From positions 1-45,790 of the IMG/VR virus record IMGVR_UViG_3300012167_000015: a DNA stretch of 45,790 bases; one strand, written 5' to 3'. Positions 18,809 to 28,689 of the stretch are shown here, in pieces. The notes under the pieces were generated by a model. That model did not search any database, was not told the DNA's origin, and worked only from the letters and a program-made list of their open reading frames with translations. Source of the stretch: a virus (Duplodnaviria > Caudoviricetes). The translations under genes and the position numbers were made by a program. Position 1 is the first letter of the stretch, and each line of letters opens with the position of its first letter.

Positions 18809-19657
18809 TCAGCCGCCGCCGTCGATGGCGTCGATGGCGTCGACGACGTCCTGGTCGGTCAGGGCCTGACCGACCTGCTTGAGCATCCGCTCGACCTCGT
18901 CCTTCTCGAACGGGAGCACCTTCACGCCCTTCGCGGCGTGCTTCTTCTCGGTGGCCGAGCTGATCGTGGTTGCGAGCGGTGGCGCGAAGAACCGGGTGAG
19001 GTAGCCCTCGCCCTTGGCGATGAACATGAGGTCGTCCTCCTCGGTGGGGGGCGCGTTGTGGGTGGCGAGGATCCGGCCGACGTCTCGGCGGAAGGCGAAC
19101 ATGTCGATCCCGGCCGGGTCGGGTTTGCGGGCGGTTAGCTCGCGGTGGGCGGCGTTGGCGTCGGGGTCCCACCCGTTGACGTCGCAGAGCGCGGCCCCGA
19201 GGCGCTCCATGGCGTCGAGCTGCTCCCACGGGTCCCGGCCGGTGCCGGTGTTGCGGCACTCGTGTCCCCACAGGAGCGGGTTGCCGACGACGGTGTCGCC
19301 GTCGGGGTCGTCGCGGGCGTCGCCGAGCGGGGCGAGCCCGTTGCGGAGACGGGTGATCACGTCGGCCTCGTTGCGTCCGGCGTGGTTGGCGTTGCCGTAG
19401 GCGATGAGGACCACGGTCGAGTCGGAGTCGACCGCGTCGTTGCACAGCGGGCCTCTCAGGTCGGTGCGCCCATTGGCCAGGAGAGTCTCGGCCTGTGCGT
19501 CGCTCCAGGCTTCGCTGATGGCGTCGTGGTGCCATGCCTGGCCGATCGGCTCGAACCGGTAGCCGGTTCCCCGGATCTCCCAGCCGGGCCGTTCGCGGAC
19601 CTTGAGCCCGTAGTCCTTGATGGCGGCGACGATGTCGCGTGGGGACGCGAGCGGCAT
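18809..19657 (-). CDS. Endolysin, N-acetylmuramoyl-L-alanine amidase (Amidase_2)
   Basis: WHHD, GRTDLRGPLCN, ANHAG, GHECRN, AHRE..RKPDP; GGAGG RBS before ATG 19657. Confidence 0.92.
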   Translation of the reverse strand: MPLASPRDIVAAIKDYGLKVRERPGWEIRGTGYRFEPIGQAWHHDAISEAWSDAQAETLLANGRTDLRGPLCNDAVDSDSTVVLIAYGNANHAGRNEADVITRLRNGLAPLGDARDDPDGDTVVGNPLLWGHECRNTGTGRDPWEQLDAMERLGAALCDVNGWDPDANAAHRELTARKPDPAGIDMFAFRRDVGRILATHNAPPTEEDDLMFIAKGEGYLTRFFAPPLATTISSATEKKHAAKGVKVLPFEKDEVERMLKQVGQALTDQDVVDAIDAIDGGG

Positions 19658-19683
19658 TCGACCCCCTCCTATCCGCCGGTCAA

Positions 19684-20502
19684 TCAGCCGGAACAGCCGA
19701 CCCTTCCCAACGTCCACCTGCCACCACCGACAGCGAACCGGTAGACCACACTGGCATCCGACGTGGCATCCACGACGTACAGGTAGCCCCCGATGTGGCG
19801 GACAAAGAGCGGCTCCCAGTCGGTGTTCGTGTACTCGAGCGTCTGGTCGGAGCCGTCGAGAGCGCTCGACCAGATGTTCCCGACCGGCGAGAGGTTGCGG
19901 TCGGTCCAGTAGATGCGGTCGCCGACGACTTCTAGGGTCTCACCGACCGAGTCGGTTGACATCGAAAGAGCGGTCACTGCCAGCGTGGACTCGTCGACTA
20001 CAAAGATGTCGTCCACGACGAAGCTGGGGAGGTAGCAGGACCCGCCGTAGAAGGTGCCGCTACCCACGCTGGCGGGGGCTGTGATGTTGCCGACGAATGC
20101 GCCAGCCGCCGAACGTCGCTCGATGGTGGTCGAGAAGTTGGTCACCCAGAACGAGCCGTCGGCCCGGAACATCACGGCGTAAGGCTGGATCGTCGTCGTC
20201 GCGAACAGTGCGATCCCGGAGCCGACGTCAACCTGGTAGATGTTGTTAGCGGCGCTAGACCTGAACTGGGTCACGTACAGCTTGCCGTTGTAGACCGTCA
20301 CATATTCCGGGTCGTCGACGCCGCTGGTGTTCTCGTAAAGGCCATGAGAGGCCGGGTTGGCTTGGCTGACGATCTCCAGCACGCCGGTGGTGGGGATGCC
20401 GGTGTCGCTGGTGCCGACGTACAGGTTGCCGTTGACGGCGGCGACGCTCGTCGCCTCGTGTGTGACGGAGACGCTGTAGACGTGCTCTCGGACGAGGGCC
20501 AA
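19684..20502 (-). CDS. Minor tail protein, beta-propeller-like
   Basis: Repeated GNLYV/GKLYV/RIYW/YLYVVD blades. Confidence 0.65.
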   Translation of the reverse strand: MALVREHVYSVSVTHEATSVAAVNGNLYVGTSDTGIPTTGVLEIVSQANPASHGLYENTSGVDDPEYVTVYNGKLYVTQFRSSAANNIYQVDVGSGIALFATTTIQPYAVMFRADGSFWVTNFSTTIERRSAAGAFVGNITAPASVGSGTFYGGSCYLPSFVVDDIFVVDESTLAVTALSMSTDSVGETLEVVGDRIYWTDRNLSPVGNIWSSALDGSDQTLEYTNTDWEPLFVRHIGGYLYVVDATSDASVVYRFAVGGGRWTLGRVGCSG

Positions 20503-22626
20503 CTAGATCACCCGGATCTGCACGCTGATCCCGTTGACCGGGTCGCCGGCGGTGACGACCTCGGCACGGAACCGGTCGACGTTCCGGTAGACCTTCGCCG
20601 CCGCCAGGTCGAGCTCAGCCGACGTCTCCCCCGCTGGGACCGTGACCGTCCCCAGGGCCGCGCCGTTCTTCGTCACCTCGACCTCGGTGGCCGTCGTGGT
20701 CGCCACGTCGGCGGCGGTGGACACCTCCACGTGGATCTCGATGAGGTTCCCCGACGAGTCCGCTGGGGTCTTGCCGGAGATCAGCCCGTCGGTCGGGTCC
20801 TGGAACGAGATTTCCGCGACCTGTTTCTCGGAGATCCGGTGGATGTTCCCGATCGGTTCGCCGCCGCGTCCCACGGCGCGTGCCCCGCCGGCCATCGACC
20901 CGTGCGCCCGGCGTTGCAGCCAGTTCTCGTGCCGCTCCTCCACACCGGCGCGCCGGTCGGCGGTCTGCAGCACTTTCGACAGGTCGTCGCCGTCGTCGGA
21001 CACCTTCACGGAGAGGACGCGGAACAGGTCGGACCCGCCAGCCTCGTCGTCGTGGGTCACCATGTCGCCGACATCGAAGGCGTCGTAGGGGGCCGGCGAG
21101 TTGGGGGAGAGGGCGAGGGTGCGGGCGTAGGAGACGGCACGGCGGTTGTCGATCAGCTGCAGGCCGATCCGCTGCGCGGTCGCCTCGTCGTCGATGTCCG
21201 ACGCGTCGAGGAAGTCGGGCACCACGTCCTCGCCGATGCCGACGGCGGAGACGGTGGTGTACCCGCGGCGGTACAGGATCAGGAGGACGTTCGCGGCGAT
21301 CGTGCGGCCGTCGTGGACCAGCTCCTCCACATCCGACGTCCCGCGGTCGCCCGTCGCGAGGATCAACACGCCCGGCGTCCCACCCCTACCGCCCCATGGC
21401 CATATCCGCAACGGCCCGCCCGGTGACATCTTCACGTCGACGAGCCAGTCCGACATCGCCAGCAGCAGCTCGAACAGCGACCGCCCCACATCAGCGGTGA
21501 CCTCCGCCACTTGGGTGGTGGGGGTGCCGTCGGAGTAGAGGGCGTCGGTGAAGTCGAGGGTGACGTCGAGGAGCTCCCCGTAGGTGCCCTGGATCTCCTC
21601 GAGCGTGCGGCGGACGATCTCGGTGGGGGTGAACCCCGGCAGCGCCGAGGGGTAGCCGATGCAGAGGACGGTGTCGGCGTCGGTAGAGGCGACGAGCCCG
21701 TCGAGGAGCCCGTCTGAGTCAACGGTCCAGACGGTGCCGATGAACCCAGTGTCGCGGATGAAGTTGGTCACCCTGGCGGCGATGATGTGGTCGCCGGCGG
21801 TGGCGCCTTCGATGCGGACCCGGTTCCCGGAGGCGGGGGCGTTCTCGATGTCACCGAGGCGGGCACCGTCGAACCAGACGGTGCCCTTGTTGTTGAGGCC
21901 GGTGAAGATCTCTATGTCGCCGTCGTCGGGGAGGTTGAACGACCAGCGGTAGATGGAGGTGCCGAGGGGGGCGTCGGACCCGGAGACGTCGGGCCGGTCG
22001 GGTGCGACCCACCACGCGCCAGCGTCGGGCCAGTACTCCGGGAGCGCCCGGTTCGGATGGTAGGGGTGCGGGGTGCGGGCCGGGCGGATGCGTTTGGAGC
22101 CGGGCCAGGCGCTGTCGTTGTAGTCGGAGGAGAGCCACGACCACGTGCGGATCCGCTCGACCGGGACCGCGTCGACGCCGCGGGAGGGCCGGATGAGGCC
22201 GCGGCGGAGGAGGCCGAGGCGGTCCCATCCTCTGAGGTGGGTGGTCTGCCCGGCCTCCTCACCCTGTGCGTGGGTGATGATGCGCTTGTCGCGGACGACC
22301 CCGGAGAACACGTGGCGGCCGTCGAGCTCGAACCGTAGGACGTCGTCGAAGGCGGGCATGTCCGGGTCGCTGTTGAGGAGGTTGAGGCTCCAGGTCCCGG
22401 CGCCGGAGATGGGGTCGAGGAACTCGCGGCCGGCGGCCCCGGTGAGCACGGTCCCGTCGGCGGCCTTGACGACGAGCCCGGCGGTGGGGGTGCCGACGAC
22501 GGCGCCGGGGCCGAACCCGAACCCGACCTGCAGGAACGGGGCGGCGTGTGACTGCGGGATCGTGTAGCCGTGGCCGTACTCGGTCGACCCGTCGAGGTGC
22601 GGGGCGGGGTGGGTCTGAGGTGCCAC
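20503..22626 (-). CDS. Minor tail protein (hub/Tal-like)
   Basis: 707 aa downstream of the tape measure; PYDAFDVGDMV C-terminal motif. Confidence 0.75.
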   Translation of the reverse strand: MAPQTHPAPHLDGSTEYGHGYTIPQSHAAPFLQVGFGFGPGAVVGTPTAGLVVKAADGTVLTGAAGREFLDPISGAGTWSLNLLNSDPDMPAFDDVLRFELDGRHVFSGVVRDKRIITHAQGEEAGQTTHLRGWDRLGLLRRGLIRPSRGVDAVPVERIRTWSWLSSDYNDSAWPGSKRIRPARTPHPYHPNRALPEYWPDAGAWWVAPDRPDVSGSDAPLGTSIYRWSFNLPDDGDIEIFTGLNNKGTVWFDGARLGDIENAPASGNRVRIEGATAGDHIIAARVTNFIRDTGFIGTVWTVDSDGLLDGLVASTDADTVLCIGYPSALPGFTPTEIVRRTLEEIQGTYGELLDVTLDFTDALYSDGTPTTQVAEVTADVGRSLFELLLAMSDWLVDVKMSPGGPLRIWPWGGRGGTPGVLILATGDRGTSDVEELVHDGRTIAANVLLILYRRGYTTVSAVGIGEDVVPDFLDASDIDDEATAQRIGLQLIDNRRAVSYARTLALSPNSPAPYDAFDVGDMVTHDDEAGGSDLFRVLSVKVSDDGDDLSKVLQTADRRAGVEERHENWLQRRAHGSMAGGARAVGRGGEPIGNIHRISEKQVAEISFQDPTDGLISGKTPADSSGNLIEIHVEVSTAADVATTTATEVEVTKNGAALGTVTVPAGETSAELDLAAAKVYRNVDRFRAEVVTAGDPVNGISVQIRVI

Positions 22627-23043
22627 CTAGCCGCCGATCTTGAAGATCCCGGCGGCGTTCCACACGTAGGTGATCGCCTCGCCGTTGACCGTGATAGAGA
22701 TCGGCGACCCGGCGGCGTCCTCGTCCCAGTAGAAGATCAGCAACGACGTGGCCGCGGAGCCGGTGTCGTGGTAAAGCCAGTTCTGGGTGATCGGCCCACC
22801 CGAACCCGGCGACCCGATCGCGATGTCTGCGGCGTCGAACACGCCATTGACGATCGTCTTCGACGCGAGGTTCCCGGAGGTCTGCACGATGTCGCCACCG
22901 GAGATGTCGTCGAGGAAGTCATGCGCGACGGAGTCCACGTGCGACGCGTCGATCGCCGCCACCTTGAGGTTCACCGCCGTGAGGTCGGGGGCGGTGGAGT
23001 CGAGGAGCTTCTGCGCGTAGGCGCGGGAGAGCCGCTTAGTCAT
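22627..23043 (-). CDS. Minor tail/virion protein
   Basis: LKVAAID..HDFLDD..VFDAAD..WNAAGIF pattern; position in the tail module. Confidence 0.7.
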   Translation of the reverse strand: MTKRLSRAYAQKLLDSTAPDLTAVNLKVAAIDASHVDSVAHDFLDDISGGDIVQTSGNLASKTIVNGVFDAADIAIGSPGSGGPITQNWLYHDTGSAATSLLIFYWDEDAAGSPISITVNGEAITYVWNAAGIFKIGG

Positions 23044-23501
23044 GGGACCTCCGTGAGCTCGCCGGAGGCGATGCGGAACAGGGTGAGGATCGTTCCGGTC
23101 ATCGGGCCGGTGCGGACCCCCGCGTAATCGATGACCTGCAGGGCGCCGGCGAACGTGGAGCCGGCGTACTCGTGTAGTTCGACGGGATGCTCGGTCTGGG
23201 CGTCGCCGTCGTCGAAGAACAACGACCGGTAGAACTCGAGGTTGGTTTCGACGCCGACGACCGGGTCGGGGGCCGGGTCTCCGGTGTGGAGCCGCATGCC
23301 CTTGACCTCCCAGGTGATGGTGACGTTGAGCTCGTCGCGGAGGTGCGGCAGCGAGCTGCGGCCGGGGGCGCCGGGGAGCACCCGGTTCTCGCCGCGACGG
23401 GCGAAGTTGCGGAGCGGGGTGAGGTCCTCGGCGACGATCGGGCCACTACCGGGGTGTGGTTCGAGAAGGGCGACGCCGGCGAACACGAGGTACTCGCTCA
23501 T
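23040..23501 (-). CDS. Distal tail protein-like
   Basis: First gene after the tape measure; RRGENRVLPGAPG. Confidence 0.65.
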   Translation of the reverse strand: MSEYLVFAGVALLEPHPGSGPIVAEDLTPLRNFARRGENRVLPGAPGRSSLPHLRDELNVTITWEVKGMRLHTGDPAPDPVVGVETNLEFYRSLFFDDGDAQTEHPVELHEYAGSTFAGALQVIDYAGVRTGPMTGTILTLFRIASGELTEVP

Positions 23502-26218
23502 CCGTTGAGCTCGAGGGCGGTGCGGCGGAGTCGGAACACGGCGCGCTCGGCGGTCTCGACCGGGGAGGTGGCGCCGATGACTTCGATCGGGGCTTGGAGG
23601 GTGACGTGCCGGGACTGGTCGTACGAGGTCGACCCACCGCCCCCACCGGTCGGCGCGGTGAGACCCGAGTAGCTGCCGCCGGCGTTGCCGGCGAACATGG
23701 CCCCGGCGATTCGCTCGCCCACCCGGCCGGTGTTGATCGCGTCGAGCCCGGACGGGCCGAGCATCGACATGCCCTTGGTCGTGACGATGCCTTCGCCGGG
23801 GGTGAGCATCGCCGGGACGGTGTCGGTCCCCTTGGGGATCCAGCCGCCCGCCGCCCGGTAGAGGATGCCTTTCCCGCCGACCCCGCCCGATGGCGGGGGC
23901 GGAAGCGTGCCGTACAGGATCGGGTAAGGCACTTTGGACAGGTCAACGAGCTTCCTGGTGAGGGTGTCGATCTCCTTGCCTACGGCGGCTGCGTTCGTGA
24001 CGACGGTCGCTACGTAATCCCCGGCGAACAGTTCGGCGGTGTAGGCCGCCGCGGCGAACTGCTCGGAGACCTTGGCGGCCTGGGCCTCGGTGATGAGCCC
24101 CTGGTCGACCCATTCGGCGAGCATGCCCTTCGCCGCCTCGACCGACACCGTCCCGTCGGCTATGGCGAGGGCAAGTTCACGGGCACGGATCTCGACGTCT
24201 AGGGCGGATTCCGCGACGGCCTGGTACATGGCCGCTAGCTCCTCGGCGGTGACGGTCGCGTCCTCCCGGGCTGCGGCCTCCGCGCCTAACGCCTCCCGGT
24301 TCGCAGAAAGAGCGTCGAGCATCCCGAACAGCGGGTCGACCGACCCCCGGTAGGCATCGAGAAGATCCTCGAACTCCTCCCGAGCCCGCTCCGCCTCATC
24401 AGCGGACAGGCCGAGCTCCCCGGCGAGCGACCCGACAGGAGGTGCGGCGCCGGCTGCGGCATCACCGGTGTCACCGATGAGCCGACCCAGCCGCTCTGCC
24501 TCGTCGGCACCACCGAGAGCGGAGTCACGGAAGCCGTCCATGCCGAACATCGCGAGGGCCATCGCGTCCTTACTCACTCCGGCGGCGTCGGCGCTCTCCA
24601 GGAGCCCCTGCTTGAAGGTCTCGAAGGCGGCGCCGGCGCCCGTCAACCCGGCCTGCAGATCGTCGAGTGAAGTGTCGGTCGCTTCGAGCAGCTCGGACAG
24701 CGCCGGCGTCTCGGCCACCATGTCCTCGAGATGGCTGCGCGTCCCTTGAGTGGCGTCACCGGCCTCACGGATGGCGTCGGTGAAGCCCTTGGTGGCCTCC
24801 TCGGCCTCCTCAGCCCTACGAGCATTCTGACCGAATACGAACGACACTGCCGCGACGGCCGCCGCCGCCGCGGCGAGCCACGGCATCGCGGTAGACGCGG
24901 CCCGACCCGCCGCGCCCATCGTCAGGAGCGCGATGCGCAGCTCCCGGATCTTCGGGATCAGGATCGCAGCGCCAGCGGCCATGCCGAGCCCGGCCGTCGC
25001 GACCCCACCGATCCCGAGCGTGGCGGTCTGCAACGGCCCCGGCATCTCCGAGAACCCCTGGGCGGTCGTCGAGGCCGCGTCGGCCGCTCCCGACAAGGCG
25101 GGGAGGAGCCGGTCACCGACGTTGATCGCAAGGTCGACGACGTTGTTGCGGGCGATCTCGAGCTTGGCGGCAGTCGTGTCGTAACGCTTCTCCGCCTCGG
25201 TCTGGAGGGCGTTGTTGTCCTCCCACGCCTGCCGACCCATGCGCAACGACTCGGTGAGCAGGTCACCGGCACCCGCGGTCGACTTCAGGGCGTTCATCAG
25301 CCGGATGTCGGTGAGCTCGAGCTCCTCGAACACCGGGGTCAGCGACTGACCCGACTCGATCATCCGGCCCAGGCCCGACACGAAATCATCGATGGCCATG
25401 GCCGGGTCGTCACGGAACGACGCGGCGAACTGCTCCGAGGTCTGGCCAGCCACCCGGGCGAAGGTGTCCAGCTTCTCGGACCCATCCAGCACCGCGTCCG
25501 ACACGGACGTGAAGACCTTCGACAGCGCGGTGCCGCCGGCCTCGGCTTCGACTCCCACTGACGCGAGCGACGAGGCCATAGCGAGGATGTCGGCTTCGGT
25601 CAGCCCCGCGATGTTCCCGGCGGCCGCGAGCCGGTTGGCGAGCTCGAGGATCTCCGATTCCGTCGACGCGCCGTTGTTGCCGAGCTCGACGAGGGTGGAA
25701 CCCATCCGATCGAAGTCGGTCTGGGCGGTACCCATGATGTTGGCGATCCGAGCGAACGCGGTGGCCGCCTGGTCGGCGGTGACGTCGGTGGTCTCGCCAA
25801 GGTCGATCATCGTCTTGGTGAAGCCCTCGATGGCCGACGTCTGGATCCCGAGCGCGCCGGCGGCCTCCGCGACCGCCGCGATCTCCCCGTGGGTGGCGGG
25901 AAGCTCGCCGGCGAGATCACGGAGGCCGTCCTCGAGGCCAGCCATCTGGGCGGCGGTGCCCTCGACAGTCTTGGTGACACCCGCCCAGTCGGACTCCCAG
26001 TCGACCGCCGCCTTGCCAGACAGGACGAACGCGGCGGTGAGCCCGCCAGCCATGAGGAGCGCTGAACGGCCGATCTTGTCGAGGTCCGCCTTACCCGTGG
26101 TACCGGCGCCCGAGATCTCCCGGCCGAGGTCGCGAGTGGCGGCACCGGCGCGCTTCGCGTTGGCGAGGTACTGGTCGATCTCGAGCCGGAGGCGAGCGAC
26201 GACAGTCTTCTCGGTCAC
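23498..26218 (-). CDS. Tape measure protein (TP901 family)
   Basis: DWESDWAGVTKT, ELGNNGASTESEI, EAEAGGTALSK, GTDTVPAMLTPGE; Ala-rich, 906 aa. Confidence 0.95.
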   Translation of the reverse strand: MTEKTVVARLRLEIDQYLANAKRAGAATRDLGREISGAGTTGKADLDKIGRSALLMAGGLTAAFVLSGKAAVDWESDWAGVTKTVEGTAAQMAGLEDGLRDLAGELPATHGEIAAVAEAAGALGIQTSAIEGFTKTMIDLGETTDVTADQAATAFARIANIMGTAQTDFDRMGSTLVELGNNGASTESEILELANRLAAAGNIAGLTEADILAMASSLASVGVEAEAGGTALSKVFTSVSDAVLDGSEKLDTFARVAGQTSEQFAASFRDDPAMAIDDFVSGLGRMIESGQSLTPVFEELELTDIRLMNALKSTAGAGDLLTESLRMGRQAWEDNNALQTEAEKRYDTTAAKLEIARNNVVDLAINVGDRLLPALSGAADAASTTAQGFSEMPGPLQTATLGIGGVATAGLGMAAGAAILIPKIRELRIALLTMGAAGRAASTAMPWLAAAAAAVAAVSFVFGQNARRAEEAEEATKGFTDAIREAGDATQGTRSHLEDMVAETPALSELLEATDTSLDDLQAGLTGAGAAFETFKQGLLESADAAGVSKDAMALAMFGMDGFRDSALGGADEAERLGRLIGDTGDAAAGAAPPVGSLAGELGLSADEAERAREEFEDLLDAYRGSVDPLFGMLDALSANREALGAEAAAREDATVTAEELAAMYQAVAESALDVEIRARELALAIADGTVSVEAAKGMLAEWVDQGLITEAQAAKVSEQFAAAAYTAELFAGDYVATVVTNAAAVGKEIDTLTRKLVDLSKVPYPILYGTLPPPPSGGVGGKGILYRAAGGWIPKGTDTVPAMLTPGEGIVTTKGMSMLGPSGLDAINTGRVGERIAGAMFAGNAGGSYSGLTAPTGGGGGSTSYDQSRHVTLQAPIEVIGATSPVETAERAVFRLRRTALELNG

Positions 26219-26235
26219 CGCTCACCTCCTCGTCG

Positions 26236-26670
26236 TCAGGTCGTCAGCTCGTTCTCCGGTGGGCGGCGCTCGACGATCTGCCGTCGGATCCCGGCGGGAT
26301 CGCCCTTGCCGTCGCGGTAGACCCGCTCGGTCAGGTCAGCGGCCCGGCAGGCGTGGCAGACGAGGATCTCGGCGTCGTAGTCCTGGTCGCGGCCCATCGC
26401 CATCGACTCGTCGGTCGGGAACCCACAGCCCTTGCAGAGCGTGTCCTGGTACCCCTGCCAATCGAGCGCATCCGCGATGTCCTCGTCGGTCCACTCGGCA
26501 TCGAACGTGGTGACCGAACGGGCCAGGCGGCCCTGGTCGTCGTAGTGGTGTTCGGTTACGGCGCGCCGCTGCCGGCCGAGGAAGGCTGACCGGGCGATCC
26601 CTCGTTCCCCGGTGAAGCGGCCGATGGCTGCCTCGCTCGGAGCAGGTCGGTAGCGGCCACCAGTTTTGGG
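26236..26670 (-). CDS. Tail assembly chaperone, frameshifted (GT) part
   Basis: The -1 frame after the C CCA AAA slippery site gives ...EWTDEDIADALDWQ..LCKGCG..CHAC. Confidence 0.8.
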   Translation of the reverse strand, partial: PKTGGRYRPAPSEAAIGRFTGERGIARSAFLGRQRRAVTEHHYDDQGRLARSVTTFDAEWTDEDIADALDWQGYQDTLCKGCGFPTDESMAMGRDQDYDAEILVCHACRAADLTERVYRDGKGDPAGIRRQIVERRPPENELTT

Positions 26671-27155
26671 TGCGGGGTCTCCAGCTCGTTGAGCCCGACC
26701 ACCGCGACCCACAGCTTCGTCCACTCCGCGGAGGCGAGGGTGGCGAACATGGTGACCGCCTGCGTCTCGCTGATCATCGGATCGGTCGCGCACGCCGCGA
26801 CCGCGGCCGGCGGGAACGTGTCGGGGTTGTGCGCGTACCCGCGGTGCTTCTGCCGGTCGGGTGGATGCTGGCGGAGCAGGTCGGCCCACGCCTTCGCGCC
26901 GATCCCGGTGAGGGTGACCTCGAGCGTCGACATCTCCATCTCGGCTTCGACCTCGACGACCTGGGTGGCGAGGAGCTCGGCCTCGGCGGTGACGCTCGGG
27001 TCGGTGGCGAGCGCATCCGACGGCGTGGCGGCCAGGGCGTCTCGGAGGGCGGCGGTGAGCTCGAGGTGACGTGCGACGAGGTCGTTGCGCGCACATACCC
27101 GCACCGTTTCGGTGCGGGGGGTGGCGGTGGCCAGGAAGTCGTCGACCGTGGTCAT
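26556..27155 (-). CDS. Tail assembly chaperone (G)
   Basis: Between major tail protein and tape measure; WADLLRQHPP..NPDTFPPA. Confidence 0.85.
   Translation of the reverse strand: MTTVDDFLATATPRTETVRVCARNDLVARHLELTAALRDALAATPSDALATDPSVTAEAELLATQVVEVEAEMEMSTLEVTLTGIGAKAWADLLRQHPPDRQKHRGYAHNPDTFPPAAVAACATDPMISETQAVTMFATLASAEWTKLWVAVVGLNELETPHPKLVAATDLLRARQPSAASPGNEGSPGQPSSAGSGAP
26664..26670 (-). other. Programmed -1 ribosomal frameshift site
   Basis: In-frame X XXY YYZ heptamer C CCA AAA (His-Pro-Lys). Confidence 0.8.
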
Positions 27156-27640
27156 GCGGCGACGGTCGCCTTGAGCTCGGCCGCCTGGATGGCCATGCCG
27201 AGCTCGAAGGTCTGCTGCGCGTTCGCCGCGGAGGATGCGGAGACGGGCTCGCCCATCTGCGCGTGGTACACCTCGGCCTTCTGGGCGGCGGCGAACGCGG
27301 TGGCGTAGTCGACCCCGCGGCGCACCACCAGGAACCCTTCGTCGCCCCAGTTGGCGAGATCCCAGGCGTCATCGCCGCCCGCGGCGTTGTCGCGGAACAT
27401 CTTGAGGGTGAAGTCGTAGCCGACGGAGCCGATGGTCTGGGAGTCGAGCCGGTTGCAGAGGGAGCCGCCGTCGACCTTGTTGGTGGAGCCGCCCGGGCTG
27501 AGCCCGTCCTTGGTGATGAAGCAGGTGATGTCGGTGCCGGCGTTGATCTCGGCGACGGTCGGGCTGTCGATGTCGGCGATCCCTGCGGCACCGGGGACCC
27601 AGTGGACGCGGGTGAACTCCTCGAAGGGGTAGCGGGCCAT
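27152..27640 (-). CDS. Major tail protein
   Basis: IADIDSPTVAEINAGTDITCFI...EGFLVVRRG, the Streptomyces-phage-type tail tube pattern. Confidence 0.9.
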   Translation of the reverse strand: MARYPFEEFTRVHWVPGAAGIADIDSPTVAEINAGTDITCFITKDGLSPGGSTNKVDGGSLCNRLDSQTIGSVGYDFTLKMFRDNAAGGDDAWDLANWGDEGFLVVRRGVDYATAFAAAQKAEVYHAQMGEPVSASSAANAQQTFELGMAIQAAELKATVAA

Positions 27641-27643
27641 GGG

Positions 27644-27889
27644 TCAGTCCTCCTGGGACGGGTCGGCGAGGAGCTCGAGGTCCTCGGGGCTGAGGGACTG
27701 GAGCTCGTCGAGCTCCTCTTCGGTGAGGGCGCCCAGCTGCTCGAGCTGGAGGTCGTGGCCGGCGGGCTCCTGCACGAGCTCGACACCGTCGGCGCGTCTC
27801 CACCCCTGCTTGGCGAGGACGCGGGCAGCGGGCTCGGAGACGGACGCGGTCCCGCCGTCGGGATGGGTCATGTCGACCTTGGCGGCCAT
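27644..27889 (-). CDS. Hypothetical virion-module protein
   Basis: MAAKVDMTHPDGG...VLAKQGWRR; TGATG coupling. Confidence 0.65.
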   Translation of the reverse strand: MAAKVDMTHPDGGTASVSEPAARVLAKQGWRRADGVELVQEPAGHDLQLEQLGALTEEELDELQSLSPEDLELLADPSQED

Positions 27890-28212
27890 CAGGCAGCCTG
27901 CAGGAGAGCGACGGTCACGGAGGTGACGGCCGAGTAGGTGACGTCGATGAGGCCGTCGCTGTCGGCGAACTCGCGGGGGATCTGGAAGAACCAGGTCTCG
28001 CCGGCGGGGACCGATCGGGCGACGTCGGGGTTGGCCTGCCCGTACTGGCTGCCGGAGCGCACCAGGGTGACGGTCTTGGCGGAGGCGTCGCCGTTGGTGA
28101 CGGCGAGCACCAGGCCCTCGGCGGGCGCGATGGTGTCGCCGCCGCCGACCGCGGCCGTGAAGGTGGGCTTGAGGCCGTCGACGTCGACGGCCTGCGGGGC
28201 GAGCAGAGCCAT
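27889..28212 (-). CDS. Small structural protein
   Basis: GGAGG RBS; beta-rich, 107 aa. Confidence 0.7.
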   Translation of the reverse strand: MALLAPQAVDVDGLKPTFTAAVGGGDTIAPAEGLVLAVTNGDASAKTVTLVRSGSQYGQANPDVARSVPAGETWFFQIPREFADSDGLIDVTYSAVTSVTVALLQAA

Positions 28213-28227
28213 GGTGACCTCCGGGGG

Positions 28228-28689
28228 TCAGGTGATGGGGGTGGTGCCGAGCCGGTACTGGCCGAAGGACCACCAGATCGACGGCAGGTCCTTGTCCTGA
28301 CGGGCGGCGCCGGCCGGGATCTCGTTGCGGATCCACATGACGGCGCGCCCGGCGATGTCCAGCGGCGGGATCGGGCGGCGGAGGAGCACGGCCCGGGCGA
28401 GGTCGGCGACGTCCTCCGCCTGCTCCCGGTTGCCGCCGTGGTTGTTGACCTGCCAGACCAGGTCGGCGTCCGCGTGCTGGTCGCCGATGGGGCCGTCGAG
28501 GAGCCCCCCGGGGATCGAGTGAACGACGAAGTACGGGACGAACGCCGACATGCCGGGCTGGCCCTGCCAGCCGACCGGGACGTCCTGCGGGGCGACGCCG
28601 TCGCCGACCGCGATGCCGGTCTGGGTGGCGAGCCAGGTAATCAGCGCGTTGGTGTGCGGGGAGCGGGCGGGGATGTGGACCTGGTTCAC
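28228..28689 (-). CDS. Tail terminator
   Basis: VGDGVAP..PYFVVHSIPGG..QVNNHGGNREQAEDVAD; gene order. Confidence 0.8.
   Translation of the reverse strand: MNQVHIPARSPHTNALITWLATQTGIAVGDGVAPQDVPVGWQGQPGMSAFVPYFVVHSIPGGLLDGPIGDQHADADLVWQVNNHGGNREQAEDVADLARAVLLRRPIPPLDIAGRAVMWIRNEIPAGAARQDKDLPSIWWSFGQYRLGTTPIT

Noticed and set aside
19684-23043. Genome-wide TAG reassignment
   Set aside because: TAG ends the integrase, ImmA, MuF and Rpf genes at their expected C-termini, and there is no suppressor tRNA; only local readthrough remains possible.
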